From the NCBI GenBank assembly GCA_001600695.1, contig BCKQ01000033.1:2043-52155 (forward strand): a stretch of DNA of 50,113 nucleotides, given 5' to 3'. Positions 22,560-32,996 of this stretch are shown piece by piece. The notes under the pieces were generated by a model. That model was not told the origin of the DNA. It did no database searches and saw nothing but the letters and a program-made list of their open reading frames with translations. The DNA comes from Ascoidea asiatica JCM 7603. Its lineage: Eukaryota > Fungi > Ascomycota. How positions within the stretch are numbered: the first letter of the stretch is position 1; every line of letters begins with the position of its first letter. A program made the position numbers and the translations under genes.

Positions 22560-25500
22560 CTAGCTATTGTTATATATTACTGCGTCCAATCTCTTAGATA
22601 AAGTATCTAGCTTAATGACTTCAATACTAATTTCAGCATCTACTGGATTTCTTAAAACTGATACAAGTCTTTCAGTTTCAATTGAAAGATGTGGAACGTA
22701 TAATAATTCCTTTAATTCATCTATTTTATCATTCGCTTCTCCATATTCAATTGCCTTTTGAAATAAAATATTTATCAATCCTATAGCTTTACTGGAAACC
22801 ATAGCATAATTATTTTTAGAATCTGGTGAGGAATCCATTAAATGAAATCCAAATTTAAGAATAATTTCTGATAACCAATCATCTTTTGTTAACCAACTCA
22901 AAGCTAAATTATTATTTAAGAGTTTTGATTCAATTGGTATTATATTTCCAATGATTTGTGCACATAAAAGAGATTGTAAAACTGCTGGAACTAATTCTTG
23001 TGATAAAGTTCCAGGTTCAAAAGGAATTATTGAAAGAATATTAATAAATACTTTTTCTAATAATTTACCTGATAATAAATCCTCATTATTCAAAAATAAT
23101 TTCGTTAATTTTATTGAATCAAAAATTGAATCCCTAAAAGCTTGAATTGTTGAATTGAAATATATATCAGTTTCATCTGCCTCATTTGGTGTATAAATAC
23201 ATGTCAATACAGCTCTTAAAACACTTTTATTGGGCGGATCTGTAACTAATAATTTTGCTAATAAATCAACTCCATATGCTTGATATTTTTGAACAGAAGG
23301 AAAATATTTAGGAAGAAATGTTCTAAAAAATCCAGAATCATTTTTTTTTTCAATATTATGCCCACCAAATGATAAAATTAAGAAAACAACTAATATTCCA
23401 TCTTTAAAACTTCTTAATTTTAACCAAAATGATACATTATTCAATAAAATTAAAGAATCTTTTAAAAATGCTAATTTTTTTCTCTCAAAAATAAAATTAT
23501 CTGGATAACGAAAAACACTGTAAATCAATTTAAATAAAAAATTTTTAAAAGATTCATTTACAGCCATTACTCTTTGATTTTCTTCAGTGAATGATATATT
23601 TCTTAAAAACATTGAAACTGTAGTTAATTGATCTAAAAGTAAAACTTTGGGATTTTCAGCTGATTTGGTATGTATTTTACTGAAAATTTCTTCACTTTCT
23701 TCACGACAAGCTAAAAGTCTTTCAACATATGTAGGAGTAATTATTGGTGAATTATCATTAACTTTAATTTCAGAATCATATTCTTTAATATAATTATCAA
23801 GATTTGAAGAAGAATTTAATGAAACTGAAGAATCATCAATCTCAAAATCATCTTCATTTTCAATACAATCATATATTTGATTGGCATCAAAGGCTTCAAC
23901 TTCTAATACTATATCTGGACGTTTTGGGAGATTCTTAGTATATTTTTGAAAAACAGAATCAATAGTAGAACCATATGAATTATAACCATGCAATGCATCT
24001 AAATCAAATTCCATATTTTCTATATTTGGAAAACTATTATCATCATTATTATCATCATTATCATTTTCCATCATTATTTCGCTTTCGAAATTGATTAATT
24101 TATTAATAGTTTTAAGTCCAAAATTACAGACAGTATCTAAGAATTCTTCACATTGGCCTAATGGAATATAAATACTAGCATCAGCAGAAGACACTAATAA
24201 AGTATTCAAAGCACAATTAATTTCAGATAGAGAATTTGATTGTAATGACATTGTTAAAGCCTGAATTGAAACAGAACCTAATTCAGGAGCAAATAAAAAA
24301 ACAGGTTTTGCATTTTCAATTTTTTCTCCAATATGAGTAATAGTTTTAATAGGATATCCACCAACATATTGAGGATCTAGTCTTCTTGAAATTGGTTCAT
24401 AATTTCTAATAAATAAAGGATCTAAAGGTGAATGATCAATTGTTGCAGTCGAAGAAGTAGTTGTTGTATTTGCAGCTGTGATTGTAGTTCCAGATGATGA
24501 TGGTGGATTGAAAGAATTAATTGGAGCCCTTGTAGGAGGAATAAGACCTGGATGAATTTGATGAGGTAATAAATGAGCAAAATTACCAGTAGGTGGAGGA
24601 GGAGATTGATTGGAAATAGTTTTTGATTGCATCAAAGGAGTTGGCTGATTTGATGAAGCTCTTGAAGCAGATCTTGCAGAGATTATACTACGAGCGGGAC
24701 TATTTCTAATAGATTGATTCATTTGTGGAAGTTGTTGTTGAACTAATGCTGGAATAGAGGTTTGAGGTGTTGGTGGAACATTTTGATTCGTAATTTGAGA
24801 GTCAGACATTGTTTGAGGAGTTGAAGGAATGGAACTATTAACAAAAGATTGTGGGGTTGCATCCGGATGAATTTTCTTTTGTTGATTTGGTTTTTGATTC
24901 TGTTGTTGTTGTTGTTGTTGTTGATTTGCTTGCTGTTGTTGTAAACGTAAAGCTCTTTCTTGTAAATATTTAGCTTTTCTAATTTTTAAATCATTTGCAC
25001 CTTCAGGAGATTGAGAATATTTTTCAAAATCTTGAACGTAAGTTCTATAAATATTTAAAATTTCTTGAGATTTATTTGGAAAACCTATAGTTCTTGAAAT
25101 ATTTTCCCAAATTTTATTTTGTTGATCAATATCAGGATTTTGAGAAATTCTACTAAGACCACCAGCTTTTAATACGCAAAGAAATAATATAAAAATATTT
25201 AAAGGTTTATTATCAATTGAAGGAGCTTGCATAAGTGGAGTACCTCTAGATCTCATGAATTCTGTATAGGTTTTCATAAATAATTCATATTGAATTTTTT
25301 TGTTAGCAAGTTGTTGTTGTAGAAGTAAAGCTTGTTGAGCTGGAGTTCTAAATTGCTGATTATTTAGAGATTGCATAGGCGGCTTTAGAGCTCCAAATGA
25401 TTGAGGATTTGTAGTTAAATTCGATAATCTATTTTGATTCATTGATTGAATTTCGGACTGAGATTGAGGCTGACTTTGAGATTGGGATTGTGATTGAATT

Positions 25501-26594
25501 TGAGTTTGAGTTTGAGTTTGAGCTTGAGCTTGAGTTTGTGGTTGAGGTTGAGGTTGAGGTTGAGAATTAGTAGTTTGATTCAAAGTAGAAGAATTTTGAA
25601 AATTTCGGTTTTGAGGATTTAAATTTGAACTTGAAGGAGTATTTGGTATGTTCACTGGCAGCTGGTTCTGTGATGAATTATTTAAAGCTATTGTCGGACT
25701 GTTAGATAGAATTTGTTGTTTCTTTTGTTGTTGTTGCTGCTGTTGTTGTTGTTGTTGCTGTTGAATAAGAGGATTCTGAGCTAGCGGATTCTGCGCTAAA
25801 GGAGACTGGGCGGAAGCTTGGACATTTGCAGGTGTTGAGGCTTGTGAGTGATTAGAATGAGGAGCAGGAGAGGAGTTGGAAATTTGACCCTGAGGCTGTA
25901 GTTGGGACTGAGAACCGGGTCTTGATAAAATTTGAGAGTCAAGTTGTTGTTTTTGTTGTTGTTGCTGCTGTTGCTGCTGTTGCTGCTGTTGCTGCTGTTG
26001 CTGCTGTTGCTGCTGTTGCTGCTGTTGCTGATGCTGTTGTTGTTGTTGAAATCTCAAAGCTTGTCTCATTTGAATTTGTGGAAGTAATTGAGGATTTTGC
26101 TGAAGTTGTTGAAGTATTTGAGGGTTCTGTTGAAGTTGTTGAAGTAATTGTGGATTCTGCTGAAGCAGTTGTAATAGTTGAGGACTTTGTTGAACGTGTT
26201 GAAGAAGTTGAGGATTTTGCTGTAATTGTTGAAGTAACTGAGGATTTTGTTGAAGTTGCATCATTCTTCTTTGCCTTTGAAAATAATATTGCTGTTGCTG
26301 TTGAGGAGTCATTCGAGCTAAAGGATTTATTTGAGCCATTGGATTTCCTGGATTCATTTGAGTCATAGGATTCATTGAATTCATAGGATTCATTGGGTTC
26401 ATTCCATTAATTGGATTTGGATTTTGAGGAATTTGTTGTGGATTAATATTAGAATTTGAGTTATTAGATTGTGATTGATTAATATTCATATTAAGGCCCA
26501 TTCCAATTGGAATTTGACCCTGAGGTTGAGGTTGAGGTTGAGGTTGATTCGTACTCGAATTTGAGTTAACACCATTATTATTATCAAAATTCAT
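22560..26594 (-). CDS. SWI1: SWI/SNF subunit Swi1 (ARID domain, Q/N-rich N-terminus)
   Basis: ARID YELFMKTYTEFMRSRGTPL...LNIFILFLCVLKAGG...WENISRTIGF; BAF250-C-like ELGSVSIQALTMSLQS...EINCALNTLLVSS and SMFLRNISF. First ATG is at 26594 (the ORF track starts at a TTG). Confidence 0.92.
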   Translation of the reverse strand: MNFDNNNGVNSNSSTNQPQPQPQPQGQIPIGMGLNMNINQSQSNNSNSNINPQQIPQNPNPINGMNPMNPMNSMNPMTQMNPGNPMAQINPLARMTPQQQQQYYFQRQRRMMQLQQNPQLLQQLQQNPQLLQHVQQSPQLLQLLQQNPQLLQQLQQNPQILQQLQQNPQLLPQIQMRQALRFQQQQQHQQQQQQQQQQQQQQQQQQQQQQQQQQKQQLDSQILSRPGSQSQLQPQGQISNSSPAPHSNHSQASTPANVQASAQSPLAQNPLAQNPLIQQQQQQQQQQQQQKKQQILSNSPTIALNNSSQNQLPVNIPNTPSSSNLNPQNRNFQNSSTLNQTTNSQPQPQPQPQTQAQAQTQTQTQIQSQSQSQSQPQSQSEIQSMNQNRLSNLTTNPQSFGALKPPMQSLNNQQFRTPAQQALLLQQQLANKKIQYELFMKTYTEFMRSRGTPLMQAPSIDNKPLNIFILFLCVLKAGGLSRISQNPDIDQQNKIWENISRTIGFPNKSQEILNIYRTYVQDFEKYSQSPEGANDLKIRKAKYLQERALRLQQQQANQQQQQQQQNQKPNQQKKIHPDATPQSFVNSSIPSTPQTMSDSQITNQNVPPTPQTSIPALVQQQLPQMNQSIRNSPARSIISARSASRASSNQPTPLMQSKTISNQSPPPPTGNFAHLLPHQIHPGLIPPTRAPINSFNPPSSSGTTITAANTTTTSSTATIDHSPLDPLFIRNYEPISRRLDPQYVGGYPIKTITHIGEKIENAKPVFLFAPELGSVSIQALTMSLQSNSLSEINCALNTLLVSSADASIYIPLGQCEEFLDTVCNFGLKTINKLINFESEIMMENDNDDNNDDNSFPNIENMEFDLDALHGYNSYGSTIDSVFQKYTKNLPKRPDIVLEVEAFDANQIYDCIENEDDFEIDDSSVSLNSSSNLDNYIKEYDSEIKVNDNSPIITPTYVERLLACREESEEIFSKIHTKSAENPKVLLLDQLTTVSMFLRNISFTEENQRVMAVNESFKNFLFKLIYSVFRYPDNFIFERKKLAFLKDSLILLNNVSFWLKLRSFKDGILVVFLILSFGGHNIEKKNDSGFFRTFLPKYFPSVQKYQAYGVDLLAKLLVTDPPNKSVLRAVLTCIYTPNEADETDIYFNSTIQAFRDSIFDSIKLTKLFLNNEDLLSGKLLEKVFINILSIIPFEPGTLSQELVPAVLQSLLCAQIIGNIIPIESKLLNNNLALSWLTKDDWLSEIILKFGFHLMDSSPDSKNNYAMVSSKAIGLINILFQKAIEYGEANDKIDELKELLYVPHLSIETERLVSVLRNPVDAEISIEVIKLDTLSKRLDAVIYNNS
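26081..26260 (-). repeat. Coding minisatellite, 6 x 30 bp (QQLQQNPQLL), next to a CAA/CAG poly-Gln tract (~25950-26050)
   Basis: 30-nt period visible at 26081, 26111, 26141, 26171, 26201 and 26231. Confidence 0.9.
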
Positions 26595-27471
26595 TTGCAA
26601 ATATTGTTAAATTATCATAATAGCTGTTTGTGATAAAATAAATATCTTATCTGAATTGCTATAAAGTATTTATCTTTAAATATGGTGAAATATTTATTTT
26701 TCGTGATTTAAACAATCGCCAGAACTATTTTCTTGAACGGATATCCGAGCTTAAATAATAAAGACCACTGTGCTGGGTCTTTATTTCATATGAAAAGCAA
26801 GAAAGTTACAAATTTTTAGCAAGTGAAATCTCACGTGCTATGTGAAAAACCCATATTTGTGGTGACAATGCATTTATTCTCAATTAAAAAATATTACTAC
26901 ATAAAGTGAGAGATTGTTACAGAAACGTGCCTTCCGAAACATTTTTACAACCGCTGGGCGGATTTTCTTACCGTGTAGCGGATGTTTTAATTCTTTGCTA
27001 TATTCAGGGTCTTTTAACTATAAAATGTGTACAAACAATAAAAAATAACATAGAATACAAATGGAAAACATTTTACAAAATATTTTATATTGATAGAATA
27101 CTTTGTTTTGAGCAAACCTGTTTATTTCAATGACCACTATTCTGATTTAAAAGTGAATTTTATGTTTTAAATGTTTGATAGTTTTATTTTAAATTGACCT
27201 TTACACATATAAAAATTGGTTTCTTGATGTATAATTATGATTTATTCATCTATTAATATTCTGATTTCTGAACTTTTTTCATTTCTTCATCAAACTTTTA
27301 TGTTCTCTTGATTTTTCTTAATTCTTTCATTTTTTCATATATATATTAAGTGTAATCTTTAAAAAAAATAAAGTCCTTTGATTATATACTTTTAATCACT
27401 TAATTCAAAGATAATATAATTATAATATTAATTAAAAAAATATTTATTAAAGCCCAAGTTATAATTTTATT

Positions 27472-30276
27472 ATGACATCTTTAAGAAAAATAACTTTTTC
27501 AATAACAAAATTTGAGAAAAATTTAAATCAAATCTCAAATACAAATAAAATTTCTAATGAAAATTATAATAAAAATGAAAAAATTGAAAATTCTTTTAAT
27601 AAATTAAAAAAGAAAACAAATATTGAAAGATTATTATTCATATTAATAGCAGTTCTTGAAGATATAGATGATAAAGATGATGAAAAATCCTATCCAATTA
27701 ATAATACGGAACCTTCAATTCATAATTTTTATAAGATATTAGTATATTCAAATAAAAATAATAAAATTGAATCAATAGAAACAATCAAGGAATTTTTAAA
27801 GCCAATTGAAAATAAATTTTTAAATAATTTAGATTATTTAAAATTCATTAAATTATTTAAAGAAATCCTAGAAATTTTAGAAAAATTATCACTTTTTTTA
27901 ATTTCATATCAAGAAATAATATTAAAAAAATTTTATCCAATACATTATTATTTTATTAAAGATATATTATCATTAAGATTTTTTAAATCTTTAAAAAAAT
28001 TAAATTTTGAATTAAAAGCATTAATATATGAAATTTTTAATGAAGCATATTATAATATAACTAATGGAAAAAATGTGTATAATAATTATGAAAATAATGA
28101 TTATGAATGTGAAGATAATAAAAATATAAATTATCATTATATTAATATAAATCAATTTCAACAATCAATTTTATCAATTTTAAATTGTTTTAATAATTCA
28201 ATACCAGATTTTGAGAAAAATTTTAATAATTTATATCTTTCAAAAGATAATATTTCTATTCAAATTTGCCTTAAATTTTTAATTTCTAATGAAAAAAAAA
28301 ATTTATATCCATTTAATATAAATTTTTTTGAATTTTTCAAATTTCTTTATAAAAAAATAATGATAATTAATGAGAATTATATTTTTGAACATAAAATTAA
28401 ATATAAAATTGAATTAAGAAATTTTGAAATTTTAATAGATTGTTTAAATTTTTCAAACAATGATGAAAATGAAAATGATGAATATTATAAGAAATTTTTT
28501 TTAAATGATAAGTTAATGGGATATATATATTCATATAAGAATAATGAAGATAAAATATTGAAATATCCAACATTAATTGTAATTTATCCATTATATATTA
28601 CATTTTATCCATTTAATAAAAATTTTAATAAAAATATTAAGGTGAATGAAGGAATGAGAATTTTAAAAATATATGATGAAAATGAAAAAAATAAAATTCC
28701 AAATGAATATTTTAATTTTAATAAACTTTCATATTTAATTAATGATATTGAATTAAATAAAAGTAAAAAAATTCATTTAACTAAAGATTTTTATATGCCA
28801 TTTAAAGATGAACTTAATAATATTAATAATAGAAAAGATTTAAATTTTGAAATTGAATCTAATTTTAATAAAAAGTTATGTAAACTTTCAATTTGTGATG
28901 GAATTAATTTAATTAATGAAAGTTATATTGAAGAAGATTATTATGATAAAATATTTAAGTTAGTTTTTAATAAAAGTAAAGAAATTTGTAATGAAATTAA
29001 ATTATATCAAATGTTATCTAATAATAGTGAAAAAGAAAAAGATTTAATTGGAATTAATCATTTTGATAGTGAGGAAATATATGAAGAAGAAAGAGAAAGA
29101 GAAAGAGAAAGTGATAAAAAAATAATATATCATTATAATAATTCAATAATTTTAAAAGATAATAAAGGAGATATTCTTAAGAATATTAAAATTCAAAGAA
29201 TTTGTAAGAATAGATTATTAAATAATATTTATGGAATTATAAAAATTGGAAATTTTATATTTTATTTACAAATTAATGAATTATTAATTTCTAAAATTGA
29301 TATAAATATAGGAGATTTGAAATCAAAAGATAAAAAAAATTTTGGAATTTATTTATTATGGAATTCAATTAAAATTTATAAGAATTTTGAAGAAAAAGAT
29401 ATTTTAATTAAAGGTAAAGATAAAGTTGAATTAAATTCAAATTTATTTAATTATGAATTTTTTTTAATTTTAATTAGAAATAATAATAGTAATGATGATA
29501 GATTTGAGAAATATTTTAAAATTATGAAATATTTTATGAATGAATTAAAAATAGTTAAAGAATTAAAAGAATATATTAAAAGTAATGAATTTGAATATCA
29601 AATAAATTTTGAATTAAGAAATTGTTTAATAAATAAAAAGAATTATTTTGAATTTTGGGAAATTGAAAGACTTTGTATTGTTAATTATAATGATAAAAAT
29701 AATGATAAAGATAATGAGAATGATAATGATAATGAGAATGAAGAAGATAGAAAGAAACTGAAAGAGATTGAAGAATTAAAGATACAAAGATTTGATTTAA
29801 TTAAGATTATTAGTTTAATTGATACTAATATTTATAATGGAGATTATAATGATGGTAATGATATGATTAAAAAGATTAAAGAATGGATTAATGATAAATT
29901 TATAAAAGATATAATTATAAATTTATTAAGATATAATGAAGATATAATTTTAAGTGAAATAATTAAAAGAATATTTAATAATTATACAAAATATGATGAT
30001 AATGATAATGATAATGATAATATTTATGATATTAATGAATTGAATAAAATAAATTCAATTGAAGAATTAAGATATTTAAATAAATTAAATTTGAATATAA
30101 TTAAGAATTGTTTAATTATACCAAATAAATTTCAAAATAAAGATTATGAATTATTAATTAAATATTTAAAAGAAGTTAATAAAATAATTTTAAAAAGGAT
30201 TAAAAGGATAAAATTCAATAAAACAAAAAGATATTTTATTTCAAATGGTGATCGTTCTTTATTTTCTTGGCTGTGA
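27472..30276 (+). CDS. Hypothetical protein, 934 aa, no recognised domain
   Basis: 2.8 kb open frame in very AT-rich DNA; K/N/I/E/F-rich; N-terminus resembles the decayed terminal repeats. Confidence 0.8.
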   Translation: MTSLRKITFSITKFEKNLNQISNTNKISNENYNKNEKIENSFNKLKKKTNIERLLFILIAVLEDIDDKDDEKSYPINNTEPSIHNFYKILVYSNKNNKIESIETIKEFLKPIENKFLNNLDYLKFIKLFKEILEILEKLSLFLISYQEIILKKFYPIHYYFIKDILSLRFFKSLKKLNFELKALIYEIFNEAYYNITNGKNVYNNYENNDYECEDNKNINYHYININQFQQSILSILNCFNNSIPDFEKNFNNLYLSKDNISIQICLKFLISNEKKNLYPFNINFFEFFKFLYKKIMIINENYIFEHKIKYKIELRNFEILIDCLNFSNNDENENDEYYKKFFLNDKLMGYIYSYKNNEDKILKYPTLIVIYPLYITFYPFNKNFNKNIKVNEGMRILKIYDENEKNKIPNEYFNFNKLSYLINDIELNKSKKIHLTKDFYMPFKDELNNINNRKDLNFEIESNFNKKLCKLSICDGINLINESYIEEDYYDKIFKLVFNKSKEICNEIKLYQMLSNNSEKEKDLIGINHFDSEEIYEEERERERESDKKIIYHYNNSIILKDNKGDILKNIKIQRICKNRLLNNIYGIIKIGNFIFYLQINELLISKIDINIGDLKSKDKKNFGIYLLWNSIKIYKNFEEKDILIKGKDKVELNSNLFNYEFFLILIRNNNSNDDRFEKYFKIMKYFMNELKIVKELKEYIKSNEFEYQINFELRNCLINKKNYFEFWEIERLCIVNYNDKNNDKDNENDNDNENEEDRKKLKEIEELKIQRFDLIKIISLIDTNIYNGDYNDGNDMIKKIKEWINDKFIKDIIINLLRYNEDIILSEIIKRIFNNYTKYDDNDNDNDNIYDINELNKINSIEELRYLNKLNLNIIKNCLIIPNKFQNKDYELLIKYLKEVNKIILKRIKRIKFNKTKRYFISNGDRSLFSWL

Positions 30277-30330
30277 TTGTGATTGTGATTGTGATTGTGA
30301 TTGTGATTGTGGTTGTGGTTGTGGTTGTGT
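30272..30330. repeat. (TGTGAT)n grading into (TGTGGT)n hexamer microsatellite at the orphan's stop codon
   Basis: Directly visible tandem hexamers. Confidence 0.85.
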
Positions 30331-30619
30331 TGGCGGTTAGTGAAGATTATGAGGAAGAAGAAGATGATGGTGATGGGGATAATGATTAAGCGCCGAAGAA
30401 ATATAGTGATAGTTAGATGATTGAAGTTTGTGGATAAATTGTATTATATATCTGATATATATCTGATATATATATCATTGAGATTGAGTGAAGATATTGT
30501 AATTGAGTGAAATGGTAATCTAATCATATTGCTAGATAATAATAACATAACAATAATATAATAATATAATATAATAATATAATATAATAGATAATATAGG
30601 ATAATATAGGATAATAAAT

Positions 30620-31114
30620 ATGAGATCAATACCGCCACCAAGATATTCTAGATTAAGAAATTTAAAAAGACTTTTAAGATCAATAAAGATCTATTTAACC
30701 AAAGGACATGTAACAGATATAGAAATATTTAATAAATATAATAATATTGAAAATTATGATAATTATGATGAAGAAATTAAATATATTTGGAGAATTAAAA
30801 GAATTAAAAGAAGAATTTTTAAAAATTTTTTAAATCATGTACCAATGATTAATGAAAATTTAAATTTTATTTCTAATTTTTTTAAAATTAGTTTAATTTT
30901 ATTTAAACCAATTAATGAATTTAATAATTTAATAAAATTAATAAATAATTTTAAATTCAATTTTAATAAAATTTTAAAATATTTTATTGGAGAAAGTGAA
31001 GAAGTTAAAGAAAAAAGACAAATTAAGAAAATGAAGAAATATAAAATTCAATCAGGAAGAAGAAGATCGAAAAGAAGCAGAAGAAGTGGATTGAAATTGA
31101 GCATGGCCTTTTGA
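30620..31114 (+). CDS. Hypothetical basic protein, 164 aa
   Basis: 495-nt ORF in AT-rich DNA with an A-rich ATG context; R/K-rich ends; no recognised motif. Confidence 0.45.
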   Translation: MRSIPPPRYSRLRNLKRLLRSIKIYLTKGHVTDIEIFNKYNNIENYDNYDEEIKYIWRIKRIKRRIFKNFLNHVPMINENLNFISNFFKISLILFKPINEFNNLIKLINNFKFNFNKILKYFIGESEEVKEKRQIKKMKKYKIQSGRRRSKRSRRSGLKLSMAF

Positions 31115-31282
31115 ACAAAGAGTGAAGGAAAAGATTATGAAAAAAAGAAGGTGTAAATGAAGAAGAAGGTGAAAAAGAAGGTGGAAAAGGTGGTAGTAAT
31201 AAGGATAAGACAACGGAGAGCCGAGGAGCGAGTCGGTTAAATACAACCAATAAGCAATAATAAATATTATTAAGCACTGATA

Positions 31283-31370
31283 GTCAATACTGAAGTCAAT
31301 ACTGAAGTCAATACTGAAGTTGATACTGTAGTTAACACTGTAGTTAACACTGTAGTTAACACTGTAGTTG
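31283..31370. repeat. 12-bp minisatellite (TACTGAAGTCAA x3 grading into CACTGTAGTTAA x3)
   Basis: Directly visible. Confidence 0.85.
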
Positions 31371-31514
31371 ATAGCAATGGAGCAGTTGACCTGGCACAAG
31401 TCACGCCAGAAGCCAGTGATAAGAGAAGAAGAAGACAAGAAGAAGACAAAAGAAGAGAGAAGAGAAAGAAGAGAAAGAAGGAAGTGGTTAACCGTAGCAG
31501 TGGTAGCTGAGACC

Positions 31515-31618
31515 ACACGTGAACCGGGGCTCCGCAGCGCCACGTGACTTATGCCAGCCTGACTATCTCTTAAGTACTGCGAAGCACCATTTTATCACTT
31601 TTGTTCAGATAAGATAAG
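31515..31618 (+). promoter_or_regulatory. Uricase promoter with two CACGTG E-boxes and tandem GATAAG sites
   Basis: CACGTG at ~31516 and ~31540; GATAAGATAAG at 31608-31618. GATA sites are typical of nitrogen-catabolite-repressed genes. Confidence 0.45.
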
Positions 31619-32000
31619 ACATTCAACGTTAGCGATACTGCTTTATTTACTGCTCTATTTACTGCTCTATTTACTTCTTGCTTCTTTTCTTTTCACCAAA
31701 CACTAGATCTAGCTGGTAATAGTCGAACCACTCGACTCTTCAACTATTCGAGTATGGAGTATTCCTCTAAGGCTTCTCACAATTCGAATATAAATTCATC
31801 AACATTTTCCCAATTAATTTCAATTCAATTCTATTCAATTCATCACTAGAAATATAATCATAATCATAATCATAATCATAATCATAATCATAATCATAAT
31901 ATTAATATTAATATTAATATCAATCAGATAATAATACTATTTCTTAAATTCTTTAAAACTTAAATACTTAAATACTTAAAAACTTAAAAACTTATTCAAA

Positions 32001-32915
32001 ATGTCATTTTCAAAATTAATTGATTCAACTTATGGTAAAGATAATGTAAAATTTTTAAAAATTAAAAAAGATCCAAAAAATCCAGATATTCAAAATGTTA
32101 TAGAAATGACTGTAAAAATTTTATTAAAAGGTAAATTTGATATATCTTATACAGAATCAAATAATTCTCCAATTATACCAACTGATACTATTAAAAATAT
32201 AATTTTAGTTAAAGCAAAATTAGATGATCCATTTAAAATTGAAAATTTTGCAAATAATTTATCAATTCAATTCTTATCAAATTATAAACAAATTAATTCA
32301 ATTAATATTGAAATTTTAACAAAAAAATGGGATAAATATATTATTAATAATAAAATTTTACATAATCATTCATTTATTAATAATGGTAATGAAAAAAGAT
32401 TTGTAAATTTATATTCAAATAAAAATGGTGATTTTAAATTAATTTCTGGTTTAAAAGATTTAACTTTATTAAAATCAACAGGTTCAATGTTTTATGGTTA
32501 TAATAAATGTCAATTTACAACCTTAAAACCAACAAAAGATAGAATTTTATCAACTGATATTGATTCAACTTGGGAATATGATTCAAATTTTGTTAATTCA
32601 AATTCAATTAATTCTTTAACTTTAAATAATTTCTTTGATAATATTTTTAAAAAAATTAGAAATATTACTTTAAATTTATTTGCTTTACAAAATTCACCTT
32701 CTGTACAATCAACAATGTATGATATGGCAAGTGAAATTTTAAAAATTGATAAAAAAATTAAAATTGTTAATTATTCTTTACCAAATAAACATTATTTTGA
32801 AATTGATTTATCTTTTTATAATAATTTAAAAAATAATGGTGAATTATTTTATCCTTCTCCACATCCAAATGGTTTAATTAAATGTTCAGTTTCAAGAAAT
32901 AATTCAAAATTATAA
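32001..32915 (+). CDS. Urate oxidase (uricase), peroxisomal
   Basis: YGKDNVKF, IIPTDTIKN, LLKSTGSMFYGY, FTTL...DRILST, SPSVQSTMY, LPNKHYF, PNGLI; C-terminal SKL (PTS1). Confidence 0.96.
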   Translation: MSFSKLIDSTYGKDNVKFLKIKKDPKNPDIQNVIEMTVKILLKGKFDISYTESNNSPIIPTDTIKNIILVKAKLDDPFKIENFANNLSIQFLSNYKQINSINIEILTKKWDKYIINNKILHNHSFINNGNEKRFVNLYSNKNGDFKLISGLKDLTLLKSTGSMFYGYNKCQFTTLKPTKDRILSTDIDSTWEYDSNFVNSNSINSLTLNNFFDNIFKKIRNITLNLFALQNSPSVQSTMYDMASEILKIDKKIKIVNYSLPNKHYFEIDLSFYNNLKNNGELFYPSPHPNGLIKCSVSRNNSKL

Positions 32916-32996
32916 TCTCTTCATTTTTTTTATCTCATATATAAATATCTATATCCTTAATACATAATCTTATTCATTACTTACCTACTTACTTAC

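Noticed and set aside
26081-26260. Regular 30-bp periodicity as a CRISPR-like array
   Set aside because: No spacers; in-frame coding repeat in a eukaryotic gene.
31023-31543. Minus-strand ORFs of 82-163 aa with NYSV/DFSI or TTVL repeats
   Set aside because: Products of a 12-bp minisatellite and a purine-rich tract; open in all frames, so not informative.
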